Of a stretch of DNA of 64,000 nucleotides, positions 52,013 to 64,000 are shown one piece after another (position 1 is the first letter of the stretch; each line of letters starts with the position of its first letter). Source of the stretch: Paraphysomonas bandaiensis (lineage: Eukaryota; Protista; Chrysophyceae). The translations under genes were made by a program, and so were the position numbers. The stretch covers positions 1 through 64,000 of the forward strand of contig CBFFRP010000436.1 of assembly GCA_965644295.1 (NCBI GenBank), written 5' to 3'. The notes below the pieces were generated by a model. That model did no database searches, had not been told where the DNA came from, and saw only the letters and a list, made by a program, of their open reading frames with translations.

Positions 52013-54712
52013 TTGTACGATAAGCATATGAAGATGCGTGTATATATACATGTGACTATGATACATGAGTGCGTGTATACAGCAATATACCACCGTATCG
52101 GCATTCTTTGTATATTTTTGTTGCAAGGTGCCTCTAATATTGAGACAATAATTATCTGTATTACAGCCGTAGTTGTACTGCAGTTATATAGAATATTTTT
52201 GTTTCAATTTGATGCAGCAAACCCTTTTAAACAGTCCCTCTATTTGGAGATGATGCCTTCGGTTGGGAATGATACTTTCCACACAAAAATTTGGAATCAA
52301 CTTGAGTGCGCTTTCGATGCCGGTCATCAGAGTGGAAAATTAATAGCTTTGCTTCTAGGGGTATCTGGCGTAGGGAAAACAAAAACTGCTTATGACATTG
52401 GAAAGAAAAATGCATTCGCAATTATAACGAGAATAGTGGAACGTGACACCTTAACAATGCCATGGCAAACTTTTAGCAGTATACTGAACAACGTTGTAGT
52501 TTTGGGAAATCCCAGCCTCAGTGAGAAATGTTCTCTTGTGACTTGTCTCCAATTTGCACTTGATGTGTCAATTTCTGCTGCCAAACTCGATGCTTTCAAA
52601 AATCTGGTTGAAAATCGACAGCACAGAGGAGAGTGCGACACAAACGAAGCGACCGATTTGGTAATGAAAGAAGTTGTGTTGAGATGTCAGCGCAACGGGT
52701 TGGCCTATTCGCAAGTTAACACTCGCTTCCAGAAACTGCTCCATGAGGCGCTTCGCCAAACGGGCTTTATTACTAAAGACGGTGTGTTCGCTGTGCAGTT
52801 GTCGTATGTGACAGATATTCTTCTCAAAGAAGTAACCAGAGCCCGGAAAGTTTGGGGAGAAACGTCCAAAATTGTATGGTTCTACGACGAAATTCAAGCA
52901 TCCTTGACTATGATTTGTTCTGATCAGAATTTATTTGCTGGTGTGTTCAAGTCCCTTATAGGTAGTCATGTGCCACCCGACACTCCAATTGAAGACGATC
53001 GCCCGCACTGCAATTTATTTTATGGCATATTAGTTGCCATTCGGATAATGCTGCAGGTAGTCTCACACGGCCATGTTTTGTTAGGAAATAATATGAAATT
53101 ATCCCCTGAACTACTTGATCGGAATTCTCCGGCACAGGGCTGCTGTGTATCATATGAAGAAAAGTTCCACCTAGATGAAGGGGCAATATTGAAAATGCTT
53201 GGTACATATCTCACTGACGCCGCTGTTGCTGCGGTTAGTCGTTCCCAGGTACGCTTGCTTTGCGGCCGACCTCTCTTCATATCCCATTTTTGGACCTGTA
53301 TGATTAGTTCTGCACGTAAATTAACTGATAAATTTTTTGACATTGGTGAAGTGGTAAATAATGCATTGCACTTGGCCTATGACAGCGCTATAGTTGACGC
53401 AAAATTCCGGATTGATCGAATGTGGAGCGACTATACTCCATCTGTTCATTCTGCTAGTAACATTCGCGGCCTAATGGCTCTGCTTTATCATTCCATTGTC
53501 ATGAATTCTGGTGGTGGTGGAGTCCAAAAAATGCAAGAAGAACTGAAAGAGGCAATTGTGCGTGGTATTCTTAACTGCATTGGCAATGAAGACTTAGTTT
53601 CACTTGAAGGTGAACCGATCACGAAGCGCGCTTTTATGCTGGTTGGTCATCAACGACTTGTGCAGAAGACTGATGGGATAATGGAATTGCTCGCGGCGAG
53701 AGTAACTATGCCAATGGGATCTGAAAGGTGTGATTTTGGGGAAGTTCTTGAAGCTTGTTTTCCTTGGTACCTTGTTCGAGAGTGCATTATTGCCGCTAAA
53801 CCGGTTTGTTTAAGAAGTCTACTAACCCCTTTCCTGACAGCACATGCATCCTGTGAACTATTCGCGGATAGACTAGAGGATTATGACGTAATTTTAAATT
53901 GTGGGCTTCGATGGGATTCTGATGACCATGACCATTCTCCATTATCCACTCTGAAAACGAACCCAGACTGCTTAATTCATCACCCCAATGACAATATGGC
54001 TGGCCCCGATACCATGCATGTTGCGATAGATCGACGCAACCGGAAACGCACAGTTCCCGTTTTCTATCAGCTCAAAAATAGACAAACTGGTACAATATCC
54101 GGGGCAATGGAGTCATTGAACCTTGGTCGCATGCATCCAAATAGATATGGAGTCATCGAAACCGCAGCCCATTGCTCGATGCGAGGGGTGCTTGAAGCGG
54201 ATAGTAATTGGCTAGAACCCATCCGAGTATTGGTTACATGCAAGCCCTTCGAATCTGCTGTGCTACATCATGTTGCTTGGTTTAATATTCACCAGTTGAA
54301 GCGCAGTCCGATTATATTACTCACAGTTAATAAGCGAAATTTAGGTGTCGATATTATGCAGGAGACAAATACCACCTATTGTGCGCCTCGGGATTGGAAA
54401 ATCTTGTGGCCCACTCCCGTAAAGCACTCGAATTTACAATGTCCCGTCGAGAGTATACAATCTAATTGCAGCAAAGTTTCTCTTTCGGTTAAAATTAGTT
54501 GGAAGCTGCTCCCGCTTCAGAGGATGACGAAATCAATAATTTTGGATGCAGTTAGTGAGCAATTTGACAGAGCCGAAGTTACAAACGCTGTTAGGTCGAG
54601 GACTTCCCATTCCGTCACAATAACGTTTGCTCGAATAGTTGATGCGTTTAAAATTGTATACACTAAAAAATTTCGCATCGGTGATAAGGAAATGTTTTGT
54701 GAGTTCGCATAA
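52013..54712 (+). CDS. Divergent Crinkler-like NTPase + PD-(D/E)xK-type nuclease protein (true start probably ~52250 or truncated)
   Basis: LLGVSGVGKT Walker A, WFYDEIQ Walker B, GRPLF, P.DNMAGPD..VFYQLKNR; 5' part of ORF overlaps a ~150-bp repeat copy at 52095-52210. Confidence 0.75.
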   Translation: MYDKHMKMRVYIHVTMIHECVYTAIYHRIGILCIFLLQGASNIETIIICITAVVVLQLYRIFLFQFDAANPFKQSLYLEMMPSVGNDTFHTKIWNQLECAFDAGHQSGKLIALLLGVSGVGKTKTAYDIGKKNAFAIITRIVERDTLTMPWQTFSSILNNVVVLGNPSLSEKCSLVTCLQFALDVSISAAKLDAFKNLVENRQHRGECDTNEATDLVMKEVVLRCQRNGLAYSQVNTRFQKLLHEALRQTGFITKDGVFAVQLSYVTDILLKEVTRARKVWGETSKIVWFYDEIQASLTMICSDQNLFAGVFKSLIGSHVPPDTPIEDDRPHCNLFYGILVAIRIMLQVVSHGHVLLGNNMKLSPELLDRNSPAQGCCVSYEEKFHLDEGAILKMLGTYLTDAAVAAVSRSQVRLLCGRPLFISHFWTCMISSARKLTDKFFDIGEVVNNALHLAYDSAIVDAKFRIDRMWSDYTPSVHSASNIRGLMALLYHSIVMNSGGGGVQKMQEELKEAIVRGILNCIGNEDLVSLEGEPITKRAFMLVGHQRLVQKTDGIMELLAARVTMPMGSERCDFGEVLEACFPWYLVRECIIAAKPVCLRSLLTPFLTAHASCELFADRLEDYDVILNCGLRWDSDDHDHSPLSTLKTNPDCLIHHPNDNMAGPDTMHVAIDRRNRKRTVPVFYQLKNRQTGTISGAMESLNLGRMHPNRYGVIETAAHCSMRGVLEADSNWLEPIRVLVTCKPFESAVLHHVAWFNIHQLKRSPIILLTVNKRNLGVDIMQETNTTYCAPRDWKILWPTPVKHSNLQCPVESIQSNCSKVSLSVKISWKLLPLQRMTKSIILDAVSEQFDRAEVTNAVRSRTSHSVTITFARIVDAFKIVYTKKFRIGDKEMFCEFA

Positions 54713-55182
54713 AGAAATATACCTTGCTCATTTCAATTGCACATATATATTAAAAGTCTGTTTATTTATCAATAGGCGTTATAAACCTGCACCAACTTAG
54801 TAGCTAGTGAATGCTAGACAAACTAGTTAGAGCTCTGCCTGTAACTAATCAGTACAAACTTTTTTTATCCTACTATTTGACGCTACGGAAGCTGTTTGTG
54901 CGTCGCCGCAAGGTGCGATCACTTCCGCTCTGAGTTCTTAAGGTGAACTTCCCGGATGCTTGACTTCAGCAGGCAGCCCAACACCCCCGTTACCCTTAAG
55001 GTGGGCCCTGTCCCGGATGCCCTTGAGGTGGGCCCATTCCCGGGTGCCTGTTTATATTGAACTACAACCAACTCCTACGTGCGTACTTGAAGCTTAGTAA
55101 AGCCTATCGCTAGTAGCTATGCTGTATTCTATGTAGCAATGAAATATAGAATATACATGACTACACTATAGGAGTAGCTATT

Positions 55183-56140
55183 GGGAAATATTATTCAACC
55201 TAGTCAAATTGGTTGAATTACCTAGTCACGCTATTTTTGGTGGAATAACCTAGTCAAAGTAATAAATGACTCAACCTAGTCAACGTTGGTATTCAACCTA
55301 GTCGTTCTTATATCCATTGATTACACACTGTGACTGTCTAAGATACCATCTCACACCACACAATATATTAGTGGCTTACAGAGCATCAAAACAAACACTC
55401 AAACATAACAATAAGCTCATATATACATATCTACATAACACAGATGTACGTGTATGTGTATGTCTATCTAGCCTATCTGTAGCATGTATGCATATAGCGA
55501 TGGGTCCCTGTGAGTGTTATGGGGAGGAGGGTCCATGAAGCTGTGGGCATAACTCACTCTATGATCCGCAGGACATCTTGAGATCTTCATATGCTGTGAG
55601 TGATGGCGCTCATCTTCCTTCACTTCAGAACTGAATGAATGACTTCGATTGCTGCATTGGCTTTCAGGGGTGCATAAATCTCCCTATTTTTAGTCCAACG
55701 GAAAAAAAGGAGGTTTTCAGGGAACAAACTTCTAAAAGCAGCATCATTGAAGTGGACTGTAGAGCAGCATCAGAACATCAGCATCATGAGTGTGTCATCA
55801 GTCTTACAGTATCATGAGTGTGTCAACATAGCATCATGAGTGTGTCATCAGTCTTACACCGGACATGGTCACCAATTTCTCATTGGAATGCAACGTTATG
55901 ATGTTATGTATTGCATGTATACAATATCTACATTTATCAATTGATGGATAGAGTATGCTCCCATGTTTGAATGAAAATTTTTATTTTTGACTAGGTGAAT
56001 ACCATAAAACCTAGTCATTGTAAACTGAAAATATGAATTATTAAATGACTAGGTTTTTCAACCGCTTGACTAGGTTTTTACACCAATTTTGGTGTGACTA
56101 GGAAATTACTCCAATTTGACTAGGTTCAATAATAGATCCC
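55183..56140. mobile_element. Non-autonomous Mutator-like (MULE) element
   Basis: 9-bp TSD GTAGCTATT (55174-55182, 56141-56149); TIR GGGA..TATTATT.AACCTAGTCAAATTGG; subterminal ACCTAGTC repeats. Confidence 0.88.
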
Positions 56141-56779
56141 GTAGCTATTACAAGTATACAAAGAAACTGAAAATGTAGTAGCTGTTAAAGATACGATTTG
56201 TAGAACAGAATGTTGATGTACCATCCCCACAACCGACCTACATTCTCATCTACACCTAGCCCCAACCATCCCCCGTCAAACACACGACACAGGCCCGCAA
56301 GACACATTGCCCAAAGGCAGACCCCCGACTAACCTCACTACAAGGGACGGTTGCACCATGGTGCTCGCAGCGATGCACAAGCAGCCCCGAGACGGTTGCC
56401 CGCCACTAGTCGTATATAGCAAGCCCAGTTATTATAGTTAGTCTCTGAACACAACCGTTCTCATGTAATAGTCAGATATTCTTATATAAGAGATGGGTGT
56501 ACATCGTATATTACATATTGCTATAGCATACATATCCACTTTCTTACAACTTATATCATATATTACTACAAGTGTTTATCAGATACTGTAATGTAGAGCT
56601 GTTTACTAACCCTTCATCAAGATGAAGGTACTGATGTCGATGAAAGATGGATGTATGTGAATCGTATATCACATAATGCTATATCATATCTACTGACAAC
56701 TTATATACTATATACATATATACATACGGTGGTGCTTTAGCTAAGAAATTGTAGAGTTTGATATATACTACTTAAATTT

Positions 56780-57703
56780 AAAAAAGTGTCATTTGTCAAT
56801 TCCATACACATTTCAACTTGCAGATTGCATTGTACAAGCTACCGTACGAAACTGTATCCATCTGCTTTACCTTTTGAACACTGACGCTATGATTCACCAC
56901 AATTATATCCAGCGCACTAGAATATGTTTCATTACTAGTCTTTTTTGTCCGGTTTGTGTCGTTGCTCTTGAACAAGCATTGCATTCACCTTTCCAGTCAC
57001 AATGTTCAATCATCAATCAAGCTACTGAATCAGGTCTACTCATTAAATTCCACATCAGTACAAAATATGACCACATGAACTAGATTCAGGACCAACTGCC
57101 TGCAATAGCGCAGGGAACCATCAACATCATCTTCGTCGCTAAAATTTGTAGCAATTCATTTTTAACGGACTTTTACCCTCTTCTGTTTACATGAGTCCTT
57201 TCTTCTTCAGTTCATTGATGTCTTTCTCGTAGCCATCTATAGCCTGGATTTGTTCTACCTCTAAGTCCACGTCCAGCTTCGTATTTCTTAAGGTATATAA
57301 CTAGACGATGGGGCTTCTATATCCCTTAATGTCGGATCTACTAGGGGGGTCAGGTTCACCTTCTGGAATGTCATCTGGGGCCCTTAGCTTCCCTCTTTCG
57401 CTCCTTCGTGAGCCGGTGTGAACAGATGGCCGAAGTACTCAAGAGAGATGTCTTTCGGGAATGGAATCTTCAAATTTTCATCATCATCAGAGCTTCAGGG
57501 TACGCTGTTATACACCACGCTACAATATGGCCAACCTTTTTCTTGTATGCTGCTTTCATCTCTGCTTTAGTTCGTTTCTTCATATAGTCAGATACATTAT
57601 CAGCATTGGAGTCAACAGATACAACACGCTGTCGGCGTACACGGCCACTTCCTCTTCACCATTTAGGCAACTCTTCTTCCTTGTCTGAATCTGTCTCACT
57701 CAT
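56780..57703 (-). pseudogene. Crypton-type tyrosine recombinase relic 2
   Basis: Manual translation: IKGYRSPIV*LY, IDGYEKDINELKKKGLM*TEEGKSPL, WSYFVLMWNLMSRPDSV, EHCDWKG; many stops and frameshifts. Confidence 0.78.
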
Positions 57704-58012
57704 GTTTGCAGTAAGTATGGTCGAATATTGATATATGCCACTAACGGCTATGACGGTCAAGGAGAATAGTAGAATATTCTAACAGTGTTTTACAACTAAT
57801 AAAGTGGCTATTTCCCTATAAAGTTGTAGTTTCCTCATATAAAAGTGCCGGTTTTTCTGTGAAAGGAAATATTTCACATACATGTATGCATGGAATATGA
57901 TTATCTACTACAGTATATATTTGTCCATATTCGAGGCATATGTGAAACATTTCCTTTCACAGGTGGGGTTTCTAGATGAGGAAAAAACCCACAGTGTTTC
58001 ACATATGCAGTC

Positions 58013-58548
58013 CATACATACATACATACATACATACATACATACATACATACATACATACATACATACATACATACATACATACATACATACATACATA
58101 CATACATACATACATACATACATACATACATACATACATACATACATACATACATACATACATCATACATACATACATACATACATACATACATACATTC
58201 ATACATACATTCATACATACATACATACATACATACATACATACATACATACATACATACATACATACATACATACATACATACATACATACATACATAC
58301 ATACATACATACATACATACATACATACATACATACATACATACATACATACATACATACATACATACATACATACATACATACATACATACATACATAC
58401 ATACATACATACATACATACATACATACATACATACATACATACATACATACATACATACATACATACATACATACATACATACATACATACATACATAC
58501 ATACATACATACATACATACATACATACATACATACATACATACATAC
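58013..58548. repeat. (CATA)n microsatellite, ~130 units
   Basis: Directly visible. Confidence 0.99.
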
Positions 58549-58635
58549 AATCGGAATATACATACATATCTTTAGCATTTCATTATTCACGTCTGTGTTT
58601 TACTTCTTATCATTCGAACTTCACTTCACTTCATC

Positions 58636-60540
58636 ATGTCTTCTGTAAACGAATCATCTCGCTATGGGAATGCTGGTCCTACTAAGCTAAACCCTGTAAC
58701 AAATACCCAACCGGAAGGTTTGACTTTTACATATATATATATAAATTAATATTATTGTAATATTATTTATATATAATCCTAAAAATCATGAGTTTTATAT
58801 CTATATATCTTAATATCTATATATATATATACGTATAGTTGTATATATTAATTGATCTAATATATATATACATATATATCACAGATATTCCACATATGAT
58901 GAATGATTTACGTCAAGTATTTGCATCTGATAAAACAAGAAGTAAAGAATGGCGTAAAAATCAATTACATGCATTTCTACGTATGTTAGATGAGGAAGGA
59001 TCGTATTTATGTGAAGCTATGAGGAGTGATCTTCATAAGTCTCCATTAGAGGGATATCTCACTGAATTGGGTTTAGTGAAAGCTGAATGTGAAACAGCAT
59101 TAGAGTGTTTAGATGACTGGATGACACCAAAGAAGACATCGAATAGTGCTTTAAATATACCTGCATGGAGTACTACACAAAGAGATCCACTTGGTGTTGT
59201 ACTTGTTATGGGAGCATGGTATGATCTCTCTTGTATATGTGTATGTGTGTATTGAGACCCTCTTGGAGTTGTATTTTCAGTAATATTGATTGTGCAGGAA
59301 CTATCCGATGCAGTTGACTCTTGCTCCTATCATCGGCGCTATTGCTGGTGGGAATTGTATCGTCATAAAGCCTGGAAGTTATGCAGTAGCTTCATCTCAC
59401 GCTTTGGCCATTGCTATTTCAAAACACTTGGATAGAGAATGCATACGTGTTGTAGAAGGAAATCGCGAAATGACTGGGGCTCTGCTGAATGAGACTTTTG
59501 AGACAATTTTTTTCACTGGCAGTGCTTTTGTTGGCAAGATTGTGGCCGAAGCTGCTGCACGGCACCTTCGACCCTGTGTCTTGGAGTTGGGTGGGAAAAG
59601 CCCAACCATTGTAGACAAGAGTGCTAATCTGGATCATGCTGTCAAGCGTATTGTGTGGGGGACCTTTATTAACGGGGGTCAGACCTGTGTGCGCCCAGAT
59701 TTTGTGATGGTACACGCTAGTGTGGCTGATCGTTTCTTTGAGCTATGCAAGCGATATGTGAAAGAGTTCTACGGAGAGAATGCTCAGACCACTGAGTGGT
59801 TTGGGAGATGTATTAATGACGGTGCGTTCAAGCGATTGAATGGCCTTCTTGAGGACTCGAAAAATCATGTGGTATGTGGGGGCAAGGCCGACGCATCGGA
59901 TAAATATATATCACCCACTGTGCTAGACTTTGGGTCAGATATTGCTGCCTTTGGCAAAACATCGATTATGCAAGATGAAATATTTGGACCCCTTCTACCT
60001 TGTGTTCGGTATACTGATACTGAGGACGTGATACGATTTATCCGATCACTGAACACTGGCAAACCCTTGGCATTATATTGCTTCTCAACTGATTCAAGGT
60101 TCATTCAGCAGATAAAACTGCGAACAACATCAGGTGGACTAGTCATCAATGATTGTCTTATGCATCTTGCCAACCACGAACTTCCCTTTGGAGGTGTCGG
60201 GAATAGTGGTATGGGTGCTTATCATGGTGAGAGATCGTTTAATGCGTTTACACATGAGAAAGCTGTTCTTGAAAAGAGCCCTATGTTGGACCAGAGCATA
60301 TTCTTGAAGCCATTGTTGGATGCTCGCTTTCCCCCATACACACCTCTTAAGGCAAGTCTTGTCAAATTGTTTAGCCTCCACTGGGTAGGCAAGGCGGTCA
60401 ATATCCCAATCCCTTTATTCAGAATGTCTATCAAGCTTCTGTTGGCTTACGCGGCGTTTAAAGCCCTTGGGTTCAGCGTAACCCATGAGGATAACGACTT
60501 CAGCCGAACTATCCGCTCCCTGTTTATGGGGGAACTCTAA
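58636..60540 (+). CDS. Aldehyde dehydrogenase, ALDH3/fatty aldehyde dehydrogenase family, 3 exons
   Basis: PLGVVLVMGAW|NYP, IFFTGS, LELGGKSP, GQTCVRPD, EIFGP, PFGGVGNSGMGAYHG. Confidence 0.95.
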
Positions 60541-61176
60541 TCGGCCCACTTTTGCGGGCGTTGTCAGTCGCAGTAGTTATACCTGATCTTATATAGCGGA
60601 TTTACTGTGCTGTCATCGTATTGTGAATCACGTGAAAGTGATTGTGTAGGCTGCTATTGTGTATCTGACATGCAATTTTCACGCAGCAAAGAGTTAAGGC
60701 TGTACGCTGCATATAACTTGTCTAGATCTGCTGCGTTGATCTTCTTGATATTGGTGTGCTACTCTTTTAATTAATGAATTACTGTTATCTCTACCGAGAT
60801 GTTTAGCATGGCATCAAAAATTAAGACATACACCTGTGCACCTACTGTACTTGAAGAACTTTACAATAGAGATATCGACGACAGTTCCTACTTAAGTTAT
60901 AGTAGAATTTTAAAATCTATAGTACTAATCAATTTTAGTACAGTAAAATCACGAATAAAACAGTGTACTATTCCCTAATATAATTCTGACAGTATCATCC
61001 GTGTAACATCTTGTGACTTCTCTCTCAATAGGACGCAGTGTATACAGAGTTCATTGATTGAGATGAGCTATACACTTCATAGCACTACCGGCTTGAATAA
61101 AACCCAATTCTGTAACAAAGCACAATGGAAGTTCTGCCACAAAAAAACAAGGAGGCGGGAAAAAGAGGCAAGCCCT

Positions 61177-61440
61177 ACATTAGACAACAATGTTAATAAT
61201 CTGAGATGGGCCACGCGGTCGGAGAATAATTATAACCCAAAGTTAAGCACAGCAAATAAATCTGGAGTAAAAGGCGTATGTTATCACAAAAGAGATAAGA
61301 AATGGAGAGCGCAAATAACATTAGACGGCATTAAAATTCATCTTGGAAACTTCTCCACAATAGAAGAAGCAAAACAAGCAAGAATAAAAAGAGCGAATAA
61401 AGCCTTTGGGGTTTTCATAAATGCTTGTGAAAGAGAATAA
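61177..61440 (+). pseudogene. HNH-AP2 homing-endonuclease-like fragment of viral type
   Basis: DNNVNNLRWATRSEN (HNH end), NKSGVKGV..KKWRAQI..IHLGNF..EEAKQAR (AP2); N-terminus missing. Confidence 0.8.
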
Positions 61441-61724
61441 GAAACTCTCGAGAGAGATAGCCCCAATGAAATGGGGTTGGGGTTAAAAAAAGGGCTTGCC
61501 TCTTTGTTTTTTTCACAAGAATACTACTACAGCTGTATTGAGAGCACAGAAACGTAGAGTACACGGAAGTTATATTTATAACATGATGTGTCGCTTCGAC
61601 ACATTTTTCTACATAGAGAAAGAAAGATGGTACAACAGCCAATACATATCGGGATTCGAAATTATTTTCTTATTACAGTCAAATGGAAACCCACAGAAGT
61701 ACTATTTATGCGTACAAAGAAAGC

Positions 61725-62302
61725 TTAAGCATTGGTGATTCTGGTGTATATCATCTGTTTGTGATGCTTCTCTACCAGAGCAATCTTTCCTTCCTGCAGT
61801 ACATATTAATGAAATCATTATAAAATACTTCGTCAACATACCGCCTCCAGACTGCGCAGGGCAGCTCTTGCAAGGGAACCATTGATCTTGAGGCGCTCAA
61901 TAAGGCCAGATGGAGTGATGAGTTTCATCTAATAGATTATATGAGATCTGTATGTACTGTATGTCTGTATATGTACAGGTGTAGTGTATGTATATGTGGA
62001 GGTGTGTACAGGTGTGTGTATGGTACCTTAGGGACCTCAGCAAGGAACCTGTTCCAACTGTCTTCATCAAACAACACTTTCGCATTGATCTTCTCCCTCA
62101 TCTTACCCTTATTCCACTTCTACTCATAATATTCTATGAGTTATATGGGTATATATATATAATGAGTGTGTAACCTTCTTCTTGGATCTAGCACCAGCCA
62201 AAGCGGCTGCGAGCTTTTGCTCTTTAGTCTTCTGTTGCACTTTTGGTCCCTAATATACATTTCATTATATTATATTATCTTATTATCTACTCATCTTACC
62301 AT
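61725..62302 (-). CDS. RPS25: 40S ribosomal protein S25 (eS25), 5 exons
   Basis: M|GPKVQQKTKEQ..RSKKK|KWNKGKMREKINAKVLFD..EVPK|MKLITPSGLIERLKINGSLARAAL..|EGKIALVEKHHKQMIYTR. Confidence 0.93.
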
Positions 62303-62504
62303 CTTGACTGTGACTGAGTTAAGCTACCATCTATATATATATATATAGACCATACGTACATACATACCATACATACCATACATATATATACATATAGAGT
62401 TACATGTTTATAGACCATAAAATATGAATATCTTCAATAGACAAGAAATGAAAATAAACTGAAATATTGTTGGAATGGGGTGGAGTATACCTGTTGTATA
62501 TGGA

Positions 62505-62825
62505 TACCGTCCAACTAGCACGGTCATCTCAACAACCCGTTCATTACATACGGCCGGTCCGCTGTTTACACCCCATATTACATATGAACATCCCGTTCAT
62601 TACATACGGCCGGTCCGCTGTTTACACCCCACATTCCATATGCACATCCCGTTCATTACATACGGTCCGCTGTTTACACCCCACATTACATATGGACATA
62701 CACACGGTCCGTTCATTGCATACGGTCCGTTCATTACATACGGTCCGCTGTTTACACCCCATGTTACATATGCACATACACACGGTCCGTTCATTGTATA
62801 CGGTCCGTTCATTGCATACGGTTAC
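62505..62825. repeat. Degenerate minisatellite of CGGTCCGTTCATTACATA / CGGTCCGCTGTTTACACCCC modules
   Basis: Directly visible; lies between divergent RPS25 and ABHD17-like genes. Confidence 0.85.
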
Positions 62826-63094
62826 AAGGATGCAGATATGGAGATACTAGTCGATGTATTGCACGTCCATAGCATATGCACATATCTAGAGACACCAACT
62901 CCAATATGGAATAATAAAAATATATATATGCATCTCATGTATCACATGACAATATCCCTCCACTCTGTGGTTTGGAAACACATCATACTTACTAATATCT
63001 CTTAATACCTTTGCAAGTGAGCTAATGCATTCTACTTATCTTTATAGTCAATAGATACATACGATAAATCTTATAAATCGATATATTTTCATAT

Positions 63095-64000
63095 ATGGGA
63101 GGTGTATTAGGACATCTTGGTGAGTGTTATTGTATATTATATATACTCACTTGCACTTACTGTTTATATGTATATATTAGTGTGTCTATTCTGTAAGAGC
63201 GGATGCAGAGGGTCGGCTGTGGCATCTGCATTGGCGTAAGTATAAAATTGCTAATTATAATAATTTTTTATTCATATATTACAGATTTCATCCACCCGAT
63301 TCGATGTATGATATTCATGAGAACAAATCTACTGGGGAGTACTCCATTGAACTGTGCAATACTCTTCCTCGCAGTAAGTTTAAAGGCGTTGAGGTTGACG
63401 TTGTAACCACCAAGTCGAAGACGGCTGTACCAGTACTATTATTCCGAATACCTGATGCCAAATATACAATTCTATATAGTCATGGAAATGCAACAGACTG
63501 TGGTGCTATGTATGCATATTACGTTCACTTGGCGCAATCTCTTGGAGTTAATGTCGTGGGGTATGACTACACGGGTTACGGCCCGTATGATGGTCTGCCG
63601 AATGAACGGCAGACATACAAGGATATAGAGGCTGTCTATGCATGGGTCTGCGAACGAGTCTGTCCCAAACCAAGTGAACAATTGATTCTTTATGGGCAGA
63701 GTGTAGGAAGTGGTCCGAGCTGTTATCTGGCTTCACGACAGCCCACTGCTGGACTAGTTCTGCATTCGCCCATCTTATCAGGAGTACGGGTGCTGACCTC
63801 ATCCAGACTGCTCGCATGTTGTGATATTTTCCCAAATATTGATAGGATAAAGAGGGTGCGCTGTCCCGTACTGATAATACATGGGCTGGTGAGTGTAAGA
63901 GTAGATGTGTCGTATGTTGGTGTAGGGTATCAATTTTGTGATATTGCGTAATAGATAGTTGCTCTGCGAAAGTAATTCGTTGTCGTTTGTACAGGAGGAC
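63095..64000 (+). CDS. ABHD17-like alpha/beta hydrolase (depalmitoylase family), runs off window
   Basis: ILYSHGNATDCG, GYDYTGYG, LYGQSVGSGPS, DIFPNIDRI..CPVLIIHG; short 5' exons inferred. Confidence 0.9.

Noticed and set aside
54940-55050. Three degenerate AGGTG..CCCGG.TGC repeats as a mini-CRISPR or ncRNA
   Set aside because: Too short and irregular; no supporting context
57882-58685. ORFs of HTYI/MYVC repeats
   Set aside because: Translations of the (CATA)n microsatellite

Overview
Eukaryotic, intron-rich and TE-dense DNA, probably from a stramenopile or other phagotrophic protist (inferred). Host genes: a KCS/FAE1 elongase, two ankyrin genes built one repeat per exon, an ALDH3, RPS25 and an ABHD17-like hydrolase. 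Repeats and TEs: a very homogeneous 146-bp satellite carrying a Sailor-like Tc1/IS630 insertion, a copia relic, non-autonomous hAT and MULE elements, a pogo-like pseudogene, two Crypton tyrosine-recombinase relics and a 5-kb palindrome. Three Crinkler/RHS-like NTPase-nuclease genes are present, two with mitochondrial-presequence-like N-termini. The most striking feature is a ~7 kb bacterial (Legionellales-like) insert at ~24.94-31.97 kb. It is a patchwork of about five fragments joined inside genes (ank + hypothetical | sucC piece | pnp'-rpsO-truB-rbfA-'infB | 'hlyD-tolC' | acidic tail + terminator), resembling NUMT/NUPT-style shatter-and-ligate integration of symbiont DNA. All coordinates were read by eye and no searches were run.
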